Part shown: one piece after another, positions 24,607 to 36,627 of the stretch
Position numbering within the stretch: the first letter of the stretch is position 1
How the letters are laid out: each line of letters begins with the position of its first letter
From: Octopus sinensis
Lineage: Eukaryota
Length of the DNA: 40,589 nucleotides
Assembly (NCBI RefSeq): GCF_006345805.1
Contig: NW_021832501.1
Span: 1-40,589 of the forward strand
Direction of reading: 5' to 3'
Notes under the pieces: generated by a model
What the model saw: the letters and a program-made list of their open reading frames with translations, nothing else
Database searches by the model: none
Told to the model about the DNA's origin: nothing
Made by a program: the position numbers and the translations under genes

Positions 24607-24963
24607 TCCTTTTACTCCTTTACTTGTTTCAGTCATTTGACTGTGGCCATGCTGGAGCACCACCTTTCGTCGAGCAAATCGAACTCAGGACTTATTCCTT
24701 GTAAGCCTAGTACTTATTCTGTCGGTCCCTTTCGCCGAACCGCTAAGTTACGCGGACGTAAACACACCAGCGTCGGTTGTTCAAGCGTTGCTGGGGAGAC
24801 AACCACAGAAACACAAACATACACACACACACACATACATATATACATACATACGACAGGCTTTTTTCAGTTTCTGTCTACCAAATTCATTCACAAGGCT
24901 TTGGTCAGCCCGAGGCTATAGTAGAAGACCGTAGCCCAAGCTGCCACGCAGTGGAACTGAACC
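24607..24963 (-). mobile_element. SINE family A, 5'-truncated
   Basis: Tail CTTTTACTCCTTTACTTGTTTCAGTCATTTGACTGTGGCCATGCTGGAGCACC plus body. Confidence 0.88.
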
Positions 24964-25084
24964 CATTTTGTACCGGATTTTGCAGAGTTTTGACGTTTCT
25001 TAAAACATTTTTTTTTTTGGCAATTTTCTGATAATAGTCACAGACTTGCTCAGATGCATCAACAAATTTCACATTGATATTTTT

Positions 25085-25423
25085 TCACATTTGTTTCAAT
25101 CATCTAAATAAGGTTGGAGAGAAAATGCCTGTCACCTGATGTATATGGAAAAAGATGGAAGGCTGTGGCGAGTTTGTTGCGAATGAACCCACATTGTATA
25201 TCCATAAGGTTTATACCAAAGGTTACAGTATTGGCTTGCGGAGTCGAAGCAAAACCCGCCCCCCACTTCATTGTTTGTGTATTTATTTTGCTTATCATTT
25301 GTTTATCATTCTACTATATAAATTTTTAACTTCATCTCTGAGTAAAATTCATATGCACCATCAACCTTTCTCTCATTTGTACCGTCCATTTATGTCTGGC
25401 CCTCTTGTGGGCAATAAAGAAAA
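25085..25423 (+). mobile_element. Probable L1/Tx1-group LINE 3' end
   Basis: IRLERKCLSPDVYGKRWKAVASLLRMN resembles an L1/Tx1 ORF2 C-terminus (from memory). It is followed by a pyrimidine-rich UTR ending CTCTTGTGGGCAATAAAGAAA. Confidence 0.45.
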
Positions 25424-25930
25424 CGTTGTTACAATCATCTGAAATAGAACTTTCAAAGCACGATATTCGAGCACTTTTACTATTCATCTCCCAAAAAAAG
25501 ATGCAAAGCAGCTGAAACTACTCGCGATATCAGCGAAACTTTTGGTGAGGAATTGAACAGTCATTAACCATTTCTAGCAAATTCTAGCAATAAGGAAAAT
25601 TACCTCATTGGAAAAAAATATAAAGCAAAACTTAACCACTTCTGACCTTCTATTCTTTGTAAACCAAATCATGCTAAATTAATAAAAAACAGTCATTCCC
25701 AACATTTTGTATTATCTCCCTTATACCGAAAAAGTCCCTGATTACCTTCCCCTGTCTAGAACTCTCATACTTCACTTCATAGCACAAAATTTTATACACG
25801 AAATTTTATAACATTTTCCTGACATTTTAAATATATTCTTTAACGATATAAAACAAGTCTTCTGTAGTTTTGTCGCTCTATTTTGTCTTTTATACATCAA
25901 AAACCACGACTTCACATTCCAACTTTCTCA

Positions 25931-25981
<51 letters not shown>

Positions 25982-26062
25982 TATTAGATATATAATTATA
26001 TGTAGCTGTATATGTATATACAGACATGCACTCACACACACACACGCACACACACCCGCACA

Positions 26063-26105
<43 letters not shown>

Positions 26106-26398
26106 TTCTTATGCTGGTGTGTGAGTCACTTTATTTAAGTGTACTCGTAGCTGTGTACTTGTTTGTAACTCTCTCTCTCTCTCTCTATGAGAGAGAGATA
26201 CAGAAAGACAGAAACAAGAGAGACAGAAACAGGCAGAAACAAGGAAAATGCCGCATGTATTTGAATACTATGCAATTATTCCTTTAAAAAACTTTCTTTT
26301 AATTTTCCCAAAATTTAAAAATTTACTTGTTTTCCTATAGCTGAAAAATCTCAATGACTGAAACCGGTATTGAAATGTTATTTTAGAAAACTTTTTTT

Positions 26399-26458
<60 letters not shown>

Positions 26459-26527
26459 GTCTATATCTATCAATCTATTTGTCTGTCTATGTATGTATGC
26501 ATCTATTATCTATCTACTTTCTATCTG

Positions 26528-26608
<81 letters not shown>

Positions 26609-26789
26609 ATATCTATCTATATGTATGTATATATGTATGCAGTAATGTATGTCTTTTAAACTTAAAATATATAAGTACGTAAACTACAAGAAAGTACATG
26701 GAAGACATATGCCGCTGTTTAATGTATATATATGACAATTCTTGGAATATTACTCTCAAACCTACGCATTCACATACACACGCATTCAC

Positions 26790-26829
<40 letters not shown>

Positions 26830-27382
26830 TTACCCACGCGTACATACATGCTTGATATACGCAAATGCTAAGGTGCCTCTGTTTATTGAATAATATAATC
26901 TATATACATTTCAATTCTTGGTAACTAGAACATAAATTAGTTCTTTAAAGATTGGATATGGAGCAGCTGCAATGACAACAATGGCTATCGCATCAGGAAC
27001 AACAGGATGACGAACGTCAGTTATGGAAGCAAGTGAAAGTCTAATGGTATTACCACAAGGATGTTAACTATGTGCTTGTACTTTAGAAGTACAGCTATTA
27101 TTCATGCTGGCAAAGAGACTGTCAGTTCGTCAATAAGATTCAAACGAAAATTGTAGCTGACTCGAACTCTCATATCTGGCAGACCAACAGTTTGGGTCAT
27201 GTATATTTACTTCCACCGAAAGTGAGAGATAAAACTACTGGCACACACACACACACACACCCTCAACCACCACAAAAACACACACACACTCTCACTCTCT
27301 CTCTCTCTCTCTCATACACAGACATACACAGTTGCAATTTCGCTTTAGAGTTTGGAATACATAAATGATAGGAGTTATCGTT

Positions 27383-27631
27383 TATCTTTTACTTGTTTCT
27401 GTCATTTCACTGCGGCCATGCTAGGACATCGCCTCGAAGAATCATTAGTTGGATGAATCGAACTTATTGTCTTTTGTTTTAAACCGGACACTTATTCTAC
27501 GGGTCGTTTTCGCTGAACCACTAAGTTACCGGGACGTAAATACACCAACAGCGGTTGTCAAGCGGTACTCGGGAACAAACGCAGATGCAAACACACAAAT
27601 GTACACTTACACACGCACACACACACACACA

Positions 27632-27671
<40 letters not shown>

Positions 27672-28191
27672 ACAGACAGACAAACACACACGCGCGCACG
27701 CATATCACGAGCTTCTTTCGGTTTCCGTCTACCAAATTCTCTCACATGGTCTTAGTCGACCCGCGGCTATAGCAGAATGAATTTGCCCAAGGTCTTTTAT
27801 AATGGGACTGAACCCGGAACCATGTGTTTTGGAATCAAACTCCTTATCAAATATTAATGCATGCATGCATAACTATAATTATCTACATAACATTTTCATT
27901 TATTCTTTTTTTTTTTAATTTGTTTCAGTCATTTGACTGCGGCTATTCTGGAGCACCGCATTTAATCGAACAAATCAACCCTCAGGATTTATTCTTTGTA
28001 AAGCTAGTGCTTATTCTATCGGTCTCTCTTGCCGAACCACTTAGTTACGGGGAAGTAAACACACCAACATCGGTTGCCAAGCGATGGTGGGGGACAAGCA
28101 GAGGTTCACAAATACTTACATACATACGTATCTATATACATGCACGCATAGATACATAGATAATACATACATACATACATACATACATACA

Positions 28192-28222
<31 letters not shown>

Positions 28223-28500
28223 GTATATATATATATCGTGTTATCTACTATAGCCTCGGGCCGATCAAATCCTTGTGAGTGGATTTGGTAGACGGAAACT
28301 GAAAGAAGCCCGTCGTAAATCTCTCACTCTCTATATATATATGTGTGCGTGTATATGTTTGTGTGTCTGTGTTTGTCCCCCCAACATCATTTGTCAACCG
28401 ACGCTAGTATGTTTACGCCGCCGTAACTTTGCGTTTCGGCAAAAGAGACCGATCAAATAAGTACTGGGATTACAAAGAATAAGTCCTGAAACAAGAAAAA
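27383..28500. mobile_element. Cluster of three SINE family A copies (27383-27850 minus, 27915-28100 minus, 28240-28500 plus)
   Basis: Each matches the family A body or tail. Confidence 0.85.
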
Positions 28501-28573
28501 GAATATATAATGTACTGATCCGTGATAGAAAATTAAACAAAAAAAGGTACTCCATCTGATGAGAGATAAATAA

Positions 28574-28792
28574 TATTTATTTAAAGGTCACAATACATGT
28601 ATTAAAACACTACTAATAGTTTCGCAGGTTGAGAAAACTCAAGCATATTCCTCAGATGCAAACTGCATATCATAACGAACTAAAATTCTTTAGCTTGTTT
28701 TATGTGGTTTGCGCCTGAAGAATATGTTAGAGTGTTTCTAAACATATGAAACTATTAGTAGCGCTTTAATACATGTACTGTGACCTTTAAAT

Positions 28793-28797
<5 letters not shown>
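28574..28797. repeat. Fold-back (about 110-bp arms) containing hammerhead motifs
   Basis: TATTTATTTAAAGGTCACAATACATGTATTAAA... is mirrored by ...TTTAATACATGTACTGTGACCTTTAAATAAATA; centre near 28686. Confidence 0.85.
28711..28764 (+). ncRNA. Type I hammerhead ribozyme with canonical core
   Basis: GCGC-CTGAAGA-ATATGTT...AACATAT-GAAA-CT att AG-TA-GCGC: 4-bp stem I, stem II of at least 7 bp, GUA triplet (cut after 28760). Confidence 0.82.
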
Positions 28798-28846
<49 letters not shown>

Positions 28847-28874
28847 CATAGATGATATATAGCTAGATAGATAT

Positions 28875-29038
28875 ACGACCGGCTTCTTTCAGTTTCTGTC
28901 TAGCAAATCCACTCTCAAGGCTTTGGTCGACCCGAGGTTATAGTAGAAGACACTTGCCCAAGGTGCCACGCAGTGGGACTGAACCCGGAACTATGTGGTT
29001 GGTAAGCAAGCTACTTACCACCCACCCACTCCTGCGTA
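28875..29038 (-). mobile_element. SINE family A, 5' half
   Basis: Close match to the family A head. Confidence 0.88.
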
Positions 29039-29053
29039 TAAATACATAATATA

Positions 29054-29405
29054 CGAGAGTTATACAGAAAGTTATGCAGTAGCAAGCATAAGTTTTTTTT
29101 TTTTTATTAGATGACAAATTTCACACGTTGGTAGGGTAGCTGTTCTTCTATAGAAATTCTTCTATTTCTTCTTCAATACAGACATTTGATTAGTTCCAAG
29201 CAGAGACGACATAATGTCATTGAATTCTTCACAAAGGGTGGTGTGTAGTCTGTTCGACATTCATATAAAGCTATATGCTGCTTATAGAAATGACTCTATT
29301 GACAAAAGCAACGTGTACAGGTGGATGGAAGATCTTAATGAAAAGGAAACTAGGATTGAGAACAAATCAGACGGTCAGAGCTCATTAATTGCCATCACTG
29401 ACAAC
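29054..29405 (+). mobile_element. mariner 5' fragment
   Basis: TA|CGAGAGTTATACAGAAAGT TIR-like start; ORF 29214-29414 reads DIHIKLYAAYRNDSIDKSNVYRWMEDLNEKETRIEN, resembling the mariner N-terminal HTH. Confidence 0.65.
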
Positions 29406-29464
29406 CTTTGTTAGCATTTTTGCTAGCGCTCTGGTTATTCTACCAGATCTACATCATAACAGTC

Positions 29465-29678
29465 CTTTTTAATCGAAGGCACAAGGCCTGGGGTTTTCGG
29501 GAAATGGGCTACTCGATTACTTCGACCGTAATGTTCAACTGGAACTTATTTTATCGACCCCAAAATGATGAAAAAGTGAGAATCGACCTCGGCGGAATTT
29601 GAATTCAGAACGTAAAGCCAGATGAACTACCACTGAACGTTTTGTCCCGTACGCTAACGATTCTGCCAGCTCATCACT
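29465..29678 (-). mobile_element. Diverged SINE family B monomer (tail type 2)
   Basis: GGCACAAGGCC tail, TCGACCTCGGCGGAATTTGAA core. Confidence 0.8.
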
Positions 29679-29700
29679 TTAATAATAATAATGATGATGT

Positions 29701-29734
<34 letters not shown>

Positions 29735-29879
29735 AATAATAACAATAATAATAATAATAATAATAATAATATTTATTATTATTATTACTATTATTATTAT
29801 TATTATTATTTGGACTCACAAAATGTGTTAACGATGATGATGAGAAGAAAAAAGCTTGCCAGGCATACCCCATTACTAC

Positions 29880-30937
29880 TATAAATACTTGAGAATACTT
29901 GAGGCAGATGGAATCAAACACACGACATGAAGGAAAAGACAAAAGGAGAGTACCTGCGGTGAGTGAGAAAAATATTGGCTTCAAAGCTGAAAGCTAGAAG
30001 CATAATTTCGGTAATAAACTCGCGCGCAGTCGCAGTAGTTTGGTTTGGTGCTAGACTCCTGAATTAGACAGAGGAAGAGCTAAAGGAAATGGATAGGAAG
30101 TCAAGAAAGCTCCTAACGATGCATAGAGCGCGTCACCCACGTGCAGACACTGATAGCTTATGCATGAAGAGAGCAAATGGAGGAAGGGTACTGATAAGCG
30201 TGGAATTCGAGAGTTTAATGAGATACCTGGCCCAAAGTAAGGAAACCTTGCTAGTGACATTTAGGAACGAGGGAGTATTGAGGGCAAAGAAAAAAAAGGT
30301 AAAACAAAGGCAGAAATGCAGAAAGGACATGAAAAAGAATTACGCAAGAAGGGACCACACAATCAGTTCTATGTAGTCACAACAGAAGTTGCTGGAAAAA
30401 TAGGATTGGCTGATGAAAGGACCCCCCCCCCCAAAAAAAAAAAAGAGAAACCGAGAGCACTATACTGGCAGTGCAGGACCAAGCTCTGGCCTCGAACTGG
30501 AGGATCAACTCGAGGAATGAGTGAGTGACTTTGCTGTGCCGCATCTGCAACAGAGTGGATGAAACCATTTCCCATATCACGAAGGAATGCCCTAGACTTG
30601 CCCAAAACCACTACAAGTAGTAGCAACACGATCAGGTAACTGTGCAAAAAATGGGGACTAGAGAGAGGCAAGACGTGGTATGAGCACAAATCGCACAGAG
30701 TAGCAAAGTCTGAGTCTAGCAAAATCCTCTGAGACTTCCCAATCCAAATAGAACAAGGAGCTGGAGCATAACAGACCGGACTTATAGTGGTGGCCAAGGG
30801 GCACCACATATGTTATATAGTTGCATGCCGCTTTGACCCACGAATAGTCAAGAAAGAAGGCGAAATGACAGTTAGATATTGGGCTTCGTATATTTTACCC
30901 CAATTTCACTTTGATAGCATGCACTGCTCTCTCACTC

Positions 30938-30940
<3 letters not shown>
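29880..30940 (+). mobile_element. Decayed Dong/R4-clade non-LTR retrotransposon, 3' part
   Basis: YKYLRILEADGIKH; MDRKSRKLLTMHRARHPRADTDSL..KRANGGRVLISVE; CCHC knuckle CRICNRVDETISHITKEC (30537-30590); HNRPDL restriction-like endonuclease motif near 30767; (AAT)n on both flanks. Confidence 0.85.
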
Positions 30941-30998
<58 letters not shown>

Positions 30999-31169
30999 GC
31001 ACTCTTCTTTTAATTTTGGTTCTATATCTTTTGGAGGAGTTACCTCAATCCTTTATATATTAACCAAAATGAAGTAGATTAACAAAATTATTGTTTGAAC
31101 CTGTTGAAAACACACAAGATGTCGAAATATCGTTCGCTAGATGACAATGGCACTCTTCTTTTACTACTA

Positions 31170-31218
<49 letters not shown>

Positions 31219-31220
<2 letters not shown>

Positions 31221-31424
31221 TCTACTATAGGAACAAGGCCTGGAATTTGGGGGTAGTAGGATAGTCGATTACATCGAATCCAGTACTTAATTGGTGTTTA
31301 ATTTATCGACCCCGAAAGAATCAAAGGCAAAGTCGACCTCGGCGGAATTTGAACTCAGAACGTAGCGACAGACGAAATTCCGCTAAGCATTTCGCCCGGC
31401 GTGCCAATGATTCTGCCAACTCGC

Positions 31425-31430
<6 letters not shown>
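31219..31430 (-). mobile_element. SINE family B monomer within (AAT)n
   Basis: Full head-core-tail match. Confidence 0.85.
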
Positions 31431-31461
<31 letters not shown>

Positions 31462-31486
31462 TAATAATAATAATAATAATAATAAA

Positions 31487-31740
31487 ATCAGAAATATTCC
31501 TATCATAGTAGGCACATTAGGTATGATAAAAAAAAATATTCAGACAAATACATAACAAAAACACCAGACTAACAAGTATATGTAACATACAGAAAATAGT
31601 ACTACCAGGCACGGCGCACATCTCACGTAAAACACTTTCAATATAATAAAAATAAGAGCATCACAACAAACCACAGCAAATACCCAAGGAACACAGAGCT
31701 GCGCTCGGTAGTGCAGTGAATGCACGTGATAAAACTACTG
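31487..31740 (+). mobile_element. Second Dong/R4-like 3' terminus with a different UTR
   Basis: PIIVGTLGMIKK...NIQKIVLPGTAHISRKTLSI*, then a short UTR running into (AAT)n. Confidence 0.75.
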
Positions 31741-32587
31741 AATAATAATAATAATATAATAATAATAATAATATAATAATAATAATAATAACATGAATAG
31801 ACATCGAAGCTAACGAATAAACTAATGAATAAGTGCACGAAGAGAATGAATAGGATTTTTTTGTGAATTCACTTATATAATACCCGGCTAAATGCGAATA
31901 TTCATGTTTGCGAGCCTGTGGTGGACGAACAAAGAAACGCCAAGACCAGTAGAGATGCAGAAACGTGTAATTTCAGCCATCTTTTGTTAAGTCCTCCTCA
32001 AAACGTGCACGAAAATTCAGGTATTTGTTTCCTCATTATTGCTGTATTACTCAAAGCTGAGTGTTTTCTATTTGCGTGTCCCACACAATATCTTCTGATT
32101 TGCATTCAAACCTATTTTAGATTTATGTTGCAGCCATTTTGTATTTGTTTGAGTTAGATGGCAGCCATTTTGGCGAGAGGTTTACGACGAATCTGTGGGA
32201 GACTAAACTACAATGGAAGGATAACATTTATATATTTTTATTTTTATTTCCTTTTTCAGAATGGAAAAAAGTAGATACTATGGATTAAAAATTAGCCCGG
32301 CAACCAGGATTAGCTAACTTGCGCATTAACTGAGAAAATTAATAGTGTAACATTTGAAAGTTAAGTCACAACTTTAATTTTTATCTAATTCAAAATGCGT
32401 GATATGTGGTTAATATCGTAATTATAAAGTACAGATTTAATACAGACTTACATCAATTTTGCTAATTATTATCACGCTTTCGCCCCTTAGATATAGGACA
32501 TATAACAAATTGTTTCTTTAGAAATAAATCAAAAGGTCGAAACGTGCTGTTGTTGATGATGATGACGATATTGACGATGATAATAAC

Positions 32588-32628
<41 letters not shown>

Positions 32629-33169
32629 TAATAATAATAACAATAACAATAAAATGTAATCAACAACAGTTCATAGCTGTCATGGCATTAATGAAATGCA
32701 TTAGCGAAATAAATTAGATGCATGAGATAAATAGATATACAAGAAAATAATATATAAATGATTGCACAAATAAGCTAATAAGATTTCATATTAGTTTTCC
32801 CAGCCGCTGTTGCAGATGTACTTATATATATATATATATACACATATATATACTGAAGAAAGACGAGAGAGCAGCAATCTGACCTGGTTGTAAACTGCTG
32901 GTAGTGTGTTTATATTTGTCAATTAGATTTACCTTAGAACAAAATAGAAAGTTGTGATTTTTTTTCTTTTAATTTTGTTTTATTCTAGAAAGTATAAAGA
33001 GAGAGATAGAGTCCACACGTTAAGCTAAATATTTTTAGGAGCACTAGGAATACAATTTGAATGTATGTATGTGTATGTGTGTGTGTGTGAGAGAGAGAGA
33101 TAGAAAGAGAGGGAGACGGGGTAGAGTGAGGGAGAGAGTGCGAATGAGACTTATAATAAGCATATTATA

Positions 33170-33490
33170 AGTTCAGTGGTTAGAGCGTTGTACTCACGAT
33201 CATGAGGTAGTGAGTTCGATTCTCGGACCGGGCTGTGTGTTGTCTTGAGCAAGACACTTTATTTCACGTTGCTCCAGTTCACTCAGCTGTAGAGATGAGC
33301 TGCGTCGTCACTGCTGTCAAGCTGTATCAGCCTTTACCTTTTCCCTTGGGTAACATCAGTGGTGTGGAGAGGGGAGGCTGGTATGCATGGAAAACTACTT
33401 GTCCTCCATAAACAACCTTGCCTGAACTTGTACCTTGGAGGGGAACTTTCTACGTGCAATTCTGTGATCGTTCATGACCGAAAGGGTCAT
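33170..33490 (+). mobile_element. SINE family D (tRNA head plus Meta/V-domain-like core)
   Basis: CAGTGGTTAGAGCG...GAGTTCGATTCTC head; core CTTGAGCAAGACACTTTA...GCTCCAGTTCACTCAGCTGTA. Confidence 0.75.
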
Positions 33491-33682
33491 TTTGTTTCTG
33501 AACTGGAGTCCATATGACCCTCAAGGGTTCATATGATCTTTAGCGTTTCATACGACGCATAGGGGTTCATATAAGATGTTGTCGTTAAAATGTATGTGCA
33601 ATTAATCAGTTAATTTTCTACAATACTCAAAATAGTTTAATGATTTTTGAAATACAATTCTTAATAATATTAAAGAAAATAT

Positions 33683-34081
33683 AAGGCGGCGAGCTGGCAG
33701 AATCGTTAAGCACGCCGGACGAAATGCGTAGCCATATTTCGTCTGCCGTTACGTTCTGACTTCAAATTCCGCCGAGGTCGACTTTACCTTTCATCCTTTT
33801 GCAGTCGATAAATTAAGTACCAGTTACGCACTGGGGTCGATGTAATCGACTTAATCAGTGTGCCTGTCCTTGTTTGTCCCCTCTGGGTTTAGCCCCTTGT
33901 GGGTAGTAAAGAAATAGGTATTTCGTCTGCCGTTACGTTCTGAGTTCAAATTCCGCCGAGGTCGACTTTGCCTTTCATCCTTTCGAGGTCGATAAAATAA
34001 GTACCAGTTGCGTACTGGGGTCGATCTAATCGACTGGCCTCCTCCCCCAAAATTTCGGGTCTTGTTCCTAGAGTAGAAAAG
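33683..34081 (+). mobile_element. SINE family B dimer
   Basis: Complete head, two cores, tail 1 then tail 2; imperfect AATATTA..AAA.TATAA flanking repeat. Confidence 0.9.
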
Positions 34082-34189
34082 AATATTACAAAATTATAAA
34101 AGGACATCGGGGTCCAGGAGGGAGAAATATAAATAAAAGGGATCTATATGCAAAAAGTGGGTAACAACCACTGAATTAAAAGGAATCTG

Positions 34190-34400
34190 ATAAGTTGTGA
34201 GATAATGTCTTTCGTTTTGTTCCTAATTAATTTTAATCCTTTTTTTTCTTCAACTATCTTTACAAATCGGTCAATGATGTATTCTTCATTTTTTACGACT
34301 TCTTGCCAACGTTTTCCAAGCTTGTCTAAACCTTCCGGGTAGAAAGCTCGACTTGAGAAACGTTTTCAGCTCCATGTCGTTGTTGAATGAAACTCCTCAC
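34190..34400 (-). mobile_element. mariner 3' fragment
   Basis: Minus strand FYPEGLDKLGKRWQEVVKNEEYIID matches the mariner C-terminal consensus. Confidence 0.7.
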
Positions 34401-34884
34401 AGACTGTGACCGTCATAGCAAAATATAATTTTTTCAGAACTATCTATACACGAGACGTCCATACGAGATTGAACGTGCATATAATTTTGCCAATTATATT
34501 TCGGGGTATATTTCAAATGCTTTCGTTTTGGCGCGCCACACTGATGAAAGACGGTGACACTGATGAATTGCGGACATTTACGTATGCAATTTGTAAGTGG
34601 TAACAATAAAACCTGGTACGTGATTAATCATTATATTTTGTATCTTTTCATTTGTCTTGCTCGCTTACATTCTGGCGTTTGCTGAATTTTCTTGAGAACA
34701 ATTATTTCTTAGTGTTCAGACCACATGGGATCTACATCTAGCATATTGAATGCCCACTTAATGGTGATCCCTCTTATACGTATGTAATATAATTTTTTGG
34801 AAGCTTCAGATTTTTTCAATATGCTAGGCCACTGGTTCAAATTGATATTAATCAAATTAATATTCAATTTTTACCCTCATTATT

Positions 34885-34951
<67 letters not shown>

Positions 34952-35062
34952 GTATATATGTATGTGTATGTATATATATATATCTGTATGTATATTTATA
35001 TGCATATATATAGAGGTATGTAAATATGTATGTGTATATATAGGTATATATGTGTATGTATG

Positions 35063-35117
<55 letters not shown>

Positions 35118-35235
35118 ATGTATATTCATATGTATATATGAATGTGTAAATGTGTGTGTGTATTTGTATTTGTGCTTGTCCCTCTTACCGCATGACAATC
35201 GGTGTCGGTTTGTGTACGTCCGTATAACTTAGCGC

Positions 35236-35760
35236 GGCTGCCGTCGCCACAAACAACCACCAACACCTCATCTATCACAGCTACCAGCGGCTGCACCATC
35301 ACCACCACCATCTCCATCACAATCAATGACTATCAGCACCAACATCACAGCTACATCCACCACAGTTACCACCACCAATACCACCGCGACCACCACCACC
35401 ACCACAACCACAACCACCACCACCACCACCACCACACTTACCACTATTATCATCGTAACTATCACCACCACAATTCTCAAGATCATAAAGGACACGGCTA
35501 TAAAGAATGCCACCTCTACCGACACCAATCATTATTCCACCACCTCCGATATCGCAAGCACAAATTATAACACAACTACAATAATCTCCAACAATTTCAC
35601 GAACACCAATAAAACCATCACCACCACCACCACCACCACAATCACGACGACAACAGCAACAGCAACAATACCACCACCTCCGCTTCCAGCATGGACACCA
35701 CGAACGACTCCATCACTACTATCACCTGCACCATCTTCGTCCCCGCCACCACCTTCGAAT
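35236..35760. repeat. (CAC/CAA/CAT)n low-complexity tract
   Basis: Seen directly; source of the Thr- and His-rich ORFs. Confidence 0.85.
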
Positions 35761-36400
35761 ATTCGCCTGAGACATTAACTATTGCTGATTGCATCTTTAA
35801 TTATTAAAAGAGGCACGTGTACGTATTAACCGCGGATTTTTGACGCAATAAAAAGCTATCAAACAAAACACCATCACATAGGGGTCAGCGTTATCGCAAA
35901 GAACCACTGCAAAGAGGTTCCACAGAGGGCCATCATAAAGAATTATCGCAAAGGGGTCACTCTAATCTAAATTGTATTGTAAACTACAATCACAAAAAGG
36001 TAATAGAATCTATTCACTGCAATGATCAAGTGAATTTAGCCATTACCCCTGTACTACCATATTGAGTTGAGTGCAGTGGCTCAAACTGGTCGATGAGATT
36101 GTTTGAAATAGCAGCTAAATGTCCTTAAAATTAAACACTACCATCTTGAAAAAGAACTTATTACGGGTGCTAAAAAGTGATGTCGTATTTTCAAGCAAAT
36201 AGTTTTTGACGTCATACCACAAGAGGATCCGTATCAAACTATCAGGAATTTATCAAGGAGGTTTAATAAACTTTGGTCCACCGTGCAAGATAATTTCAAG
36301 CAGGTTGGTAAAAAATGTATAAAGTGGGGTGGGAGGACCAGAGAATCAAGGCTACATTCAGTGAAGATAACCCAAGAACAGATAAATCCATTAGCCTGAT

Positions 36401-36627
36401 AATTCGTTTGTCTGCCCTTGTTTGTCCTCTCTGTGTTCCGCCCCTTGTGGGTAGTAAAGAAATAAGTATTTCGTCTGTCTTTACGTTCTGAGTTCAAATT
36501 CCGCCGAGGTCGACTTTGCCTTTCATCCTTTCGAGGTCGATAAAATAAGTACCAATTGCGTACTGGTGTCGATCTAATCGACTGTCCCTCCCCCAAAATT
36601 TCGGGTCTTGTGTCTGGTGTAGAAAAG
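36401..36627 (+). mobile_element. 5'-truncated SINE family B dimer
   Basis: Tail 1, dimer junction, core, tail 2. Confidence 0.88.

Noticed and set aside
4965-33250. SINE heads as functional tRNA genes
   Set aside because: They have A/B-box-like motifs but no complete cloverleaf and continue into repeat bodies.
33500-34173. hAT-type MITE ending AACCACTG
   Set aside because: No matching left TIR or 8-bp TSD found.
35202-35778. Mucin-like Thr-rich ORF
   Set aside because: (CAC)n-derived low complexity continuing from a SINE fragment; no signal peptide or exon boundaries.
36200-36330. mariner fragment (EDPYQTIRNLSRRFNKLWSTVQ)
   Set aside because: Short, with no TIR or second motif; plausible but unsupported.
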